DNA of 36,105 bases from positions 1-36,105 of the forward strand of contig JBDZWC010000014.1 in the NCBI GenBank assembly GCA_040256005.1, read 5' to 3'. Source of the DNA: Deinococcaceae bacterium (lineage in GTDB: Bacteria > Deinococcota > Deinococci > Deinococcales > Trueperaceae). Shown piece by piece: positions 34,551-36,105 of the stretch; position 1 is the stretch's first letter; every line of letters begins with the position of its first letter. The notes under the pieces were generated by a model. That model saw nothing but the letters and a program-made list of their open reading frames with translations, did not search any database and was not told where the DNA came from. Made by a program: the position numbers and the translations under genes.

Positions 34551-35615
34551 TCAGAGGTAGACCTGGACGGGAGCCTTCGTGGCGGTGGCTTCGACGGCCT
34601 CGTCCTCCTGCGGCACGGGCTGCCAGCCGCTCTCGGCCAGGAAGCGCTCCGCCGTCATGGCGGCACGCGTACCCGCGCCCACCGAGGTGCCAAGCTGGCG
34701 GTAGATCTCGTCCGACACGTCGCCGGCGGCGAAGATGCCGGGCACGTTCGTGTACACCTCGTCTCGAACGTCGAGGTAGCCGCTCTCGCGCAGGTCGAGC
34801 GTGCCCGCCAGGTAGCCCGTGTTGGGCTCGTGCCCGATGTAGACGAACACGCCGTCGGCGGGGATGAACGCCTCCTCGCCGCTCTCGACGTGACGCGTGC
34901 GTACGCCTCTCACTCGGCCGTCTTCGCCCACGATCTCGGTAACGATGGTGTCCCAGACGAACGACATCTTCGGGTTGGCGAAGGCCCGTTCCTGTGCCGA
35001 GCGGTTGGCCCTGAGCTCGTCACGGCGATGGATCAGGATCACCTCGTCCGCGAAGCGGGTCAGGAACATGCCCTCCTCGACGGCGGCGTCACCGCCGCCG
35101 ACGACGACCACCCGCTTGCCGCGGTAGAAGAACCCGTCGCAGGTGGCGCACGTGGACACCCCGCGGCCGAAGAGGTCGTCCTCGCCCGGCACGCCCAACA
35201 GGCGCGGGTTCGCCCCCGTGGCCACGATCACGGCCCCGGCCGTGTAGTCAGCCGACTGACCGCTGACCACGAACCCGCCTGACGGCCGCGGGGCGATACC
35301 GGTGACCTCGTCGCTGATGATCCTGGCGCCGAAGCGCTCGGCCTGCTGCTGGAACCGAGCCGACAGCTCCGGCCCCGAGATGCCCTCCGGGAAGCCCGGG
35401 TAGTTCTCGACGTCGTCGGTCTGGGCGATCTGCCCCCCCGGCACGCCGCGCTCGACGACGGCCGTCTTGAGCTGGGCCCGGCCCGCGTAGACGGCGGCCG
35501 TGAGGCCAGCGGGTCCGGCGCCGATGATCACGACGTCGTAGTGCGCCTGCGCCTTGTCGTGGCTCTGAGCCAGCGAAGCGGCGTCCGAGAGCGACTTGGT
35601 AGTGATCGCGTCCAT
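34551..35615 (-). CDS. trxB: Thioredoxin-disulfide reductase
   Basis: [21 protein letters not shown]...VENYPGF, redox motif [35 protein letters not shown]. Confidence 0.97.
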   Translation of the reverse strand: MDAITTKSLSDAASLAQSHDKAQAHYDVVIIGAGPAGLTAAVYAGRAQLKTAVVERGVPGGQIAQTDDVENYPGFPEGISGPELSARFQQQAERFGARIISDEVTGIAPRPSGGFVVSGQSADYTAGAVIVATGANPRLLGVPGEDDLFGRGVSTCATCDGFFYRGKRVVVVGGGDAAVEEGMFLTRFADEVILIHRRDELRANRSAQERAFANPKMSFVWDTIVTEIVGEDGRVRGVRTRHVESGEEAFIPADGVFVYIGHEPNTGYLAGTLDLRESGYLDVRDEVYTNVPGIFAAGDVSDEIYRQLGTSVGAGTRAAMTAERFLAESGWQPVPQEDEAVEATATKAPVQVYL

Positions 35616-35730
35616 CTCGCCACCGATGATAGCCCCGCCCCGGACCCGTCAGCGTGGCCTCGGGTACTGGTGCTGCCCGCCTGCCAGGCTACGTTGCCCA
35701 CGTGTCCTCCGCGCGGATATCGTCCGCGTC

Positions 35731-36105
35731 ATGACGGCGACGAGCGACGCCGAGCTCTCGAGGGCCGTCGGCGATTACCTCAAGGCGATCTGGCAGCTCA
35801 CAGGCGACGGCCCCGCCACCACGGGCGACATCGCCAAGGCGCTGGGCGTGACGGCACCCTCCGTCACCGGCATGCTCACGCGCCTCAACGGCCAGGGGCT
35901 GGTGAGCTACCGGCCGTACCGGGGGGCGGAGCTGACGACGCAGGGGAGGCTGGAGGCCACCAGGCTCCTGCGGCGGCACCGGCTGCTAGAGACGTTCATG
36001 ATCAGGGAGCTCGGCTTCGGCTGGGACGAGGTTCACGACGAGGCCGAGAGGCTGGAGCACGTCGTCTCCGACGAGTTCACCGAGCGTCTAGCGACCCACC
36101 TCGGC
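35731..36105 (+). CDS. DtxR/MntR family metal-dependent transcriptional regulator (3' end truncated by the window edge)
   Basis: Not in the ORF track; translated by hand from ATG 35731: MTATSDAELSRAVGDYLKAIWQL...TTGDIAKALGVTAPSVTGMLTRL...YRPYRGAELT...RRHRLLETF...WDEVHDEAERLEHVVS. Confidence 0.95.
   Translation, partial: MTATSDAELSRAVGDYLKAIWQLTGDGPATTGDIAKALGVTAPSVTGMLTRLNGQGLVSYRPYRGAELTTQGRLEATRLLRRHRLLETFMIRELGFGWDEVHDEAERLEHVVSDEFTERLATHLG

Noticed and set aside
1..36105. CRISPR arrays, tRNA/rRNA genes, IS elements, prophage or anti-phage defence genes
   Set aside because: No regularly spaced repeats, structured-RNA signatures, or transposase, integrase or nuclease motifs were recognised; intergenic gaps are all short.

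Overview
High-GC bacterial chromosomal segment, most consistent with phylum Deinococcota (Truepera/Deinococcus/Thermus-like). This is inferred from gene content and from TANNNT -10 boxes 6-7 nt before many start codons. From left to right: a BceS/BceR (GraS/GraR)-like two-component pair truncated at the left edge; a THUMP RNA methyltransferase; a ~7.8 kb accessory block of three large co-oriented lipoprotein genes (beta-propeller + di-heme cytochrome c peroxidase-like protein, a 1150-aa Ig/PKD/TolB-propeller protein, and a Cys-rich protein of unknown function); a pepF-SDR-M20 hydrolase-peptide ABC importer cluster with no ATPase gene; rluD; plsX; an lptF/lptG-lptD-like-lipoprotein operon; DUF4388-trmB-pgeF; a CoA Nudix hydrolase and a triple-ATP-cone 2-phosphoglycerate kinase-like gene; an ABC-2 exporter with a SPOR protein; trxB; and a DtxR/MntR regulator truncated at the right edge. 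The most striking unexplained structure is the lipoprotein block. Two of its genes carry the same 11-bp-period direct repeat (CGT(A/G)ACGC-N3-CGTAACGC) exactly 9 nt upstream of a weak -10 hexamer, the two large lipoproteins share a ZU5-like module, and the di-heme domain departs from canonical CCP/MauG motifs. No tRNA, rRNA, CRISPR array, transposase or integrase was recognised. All protein assignments are from motif recognition by eye; no database search was run.
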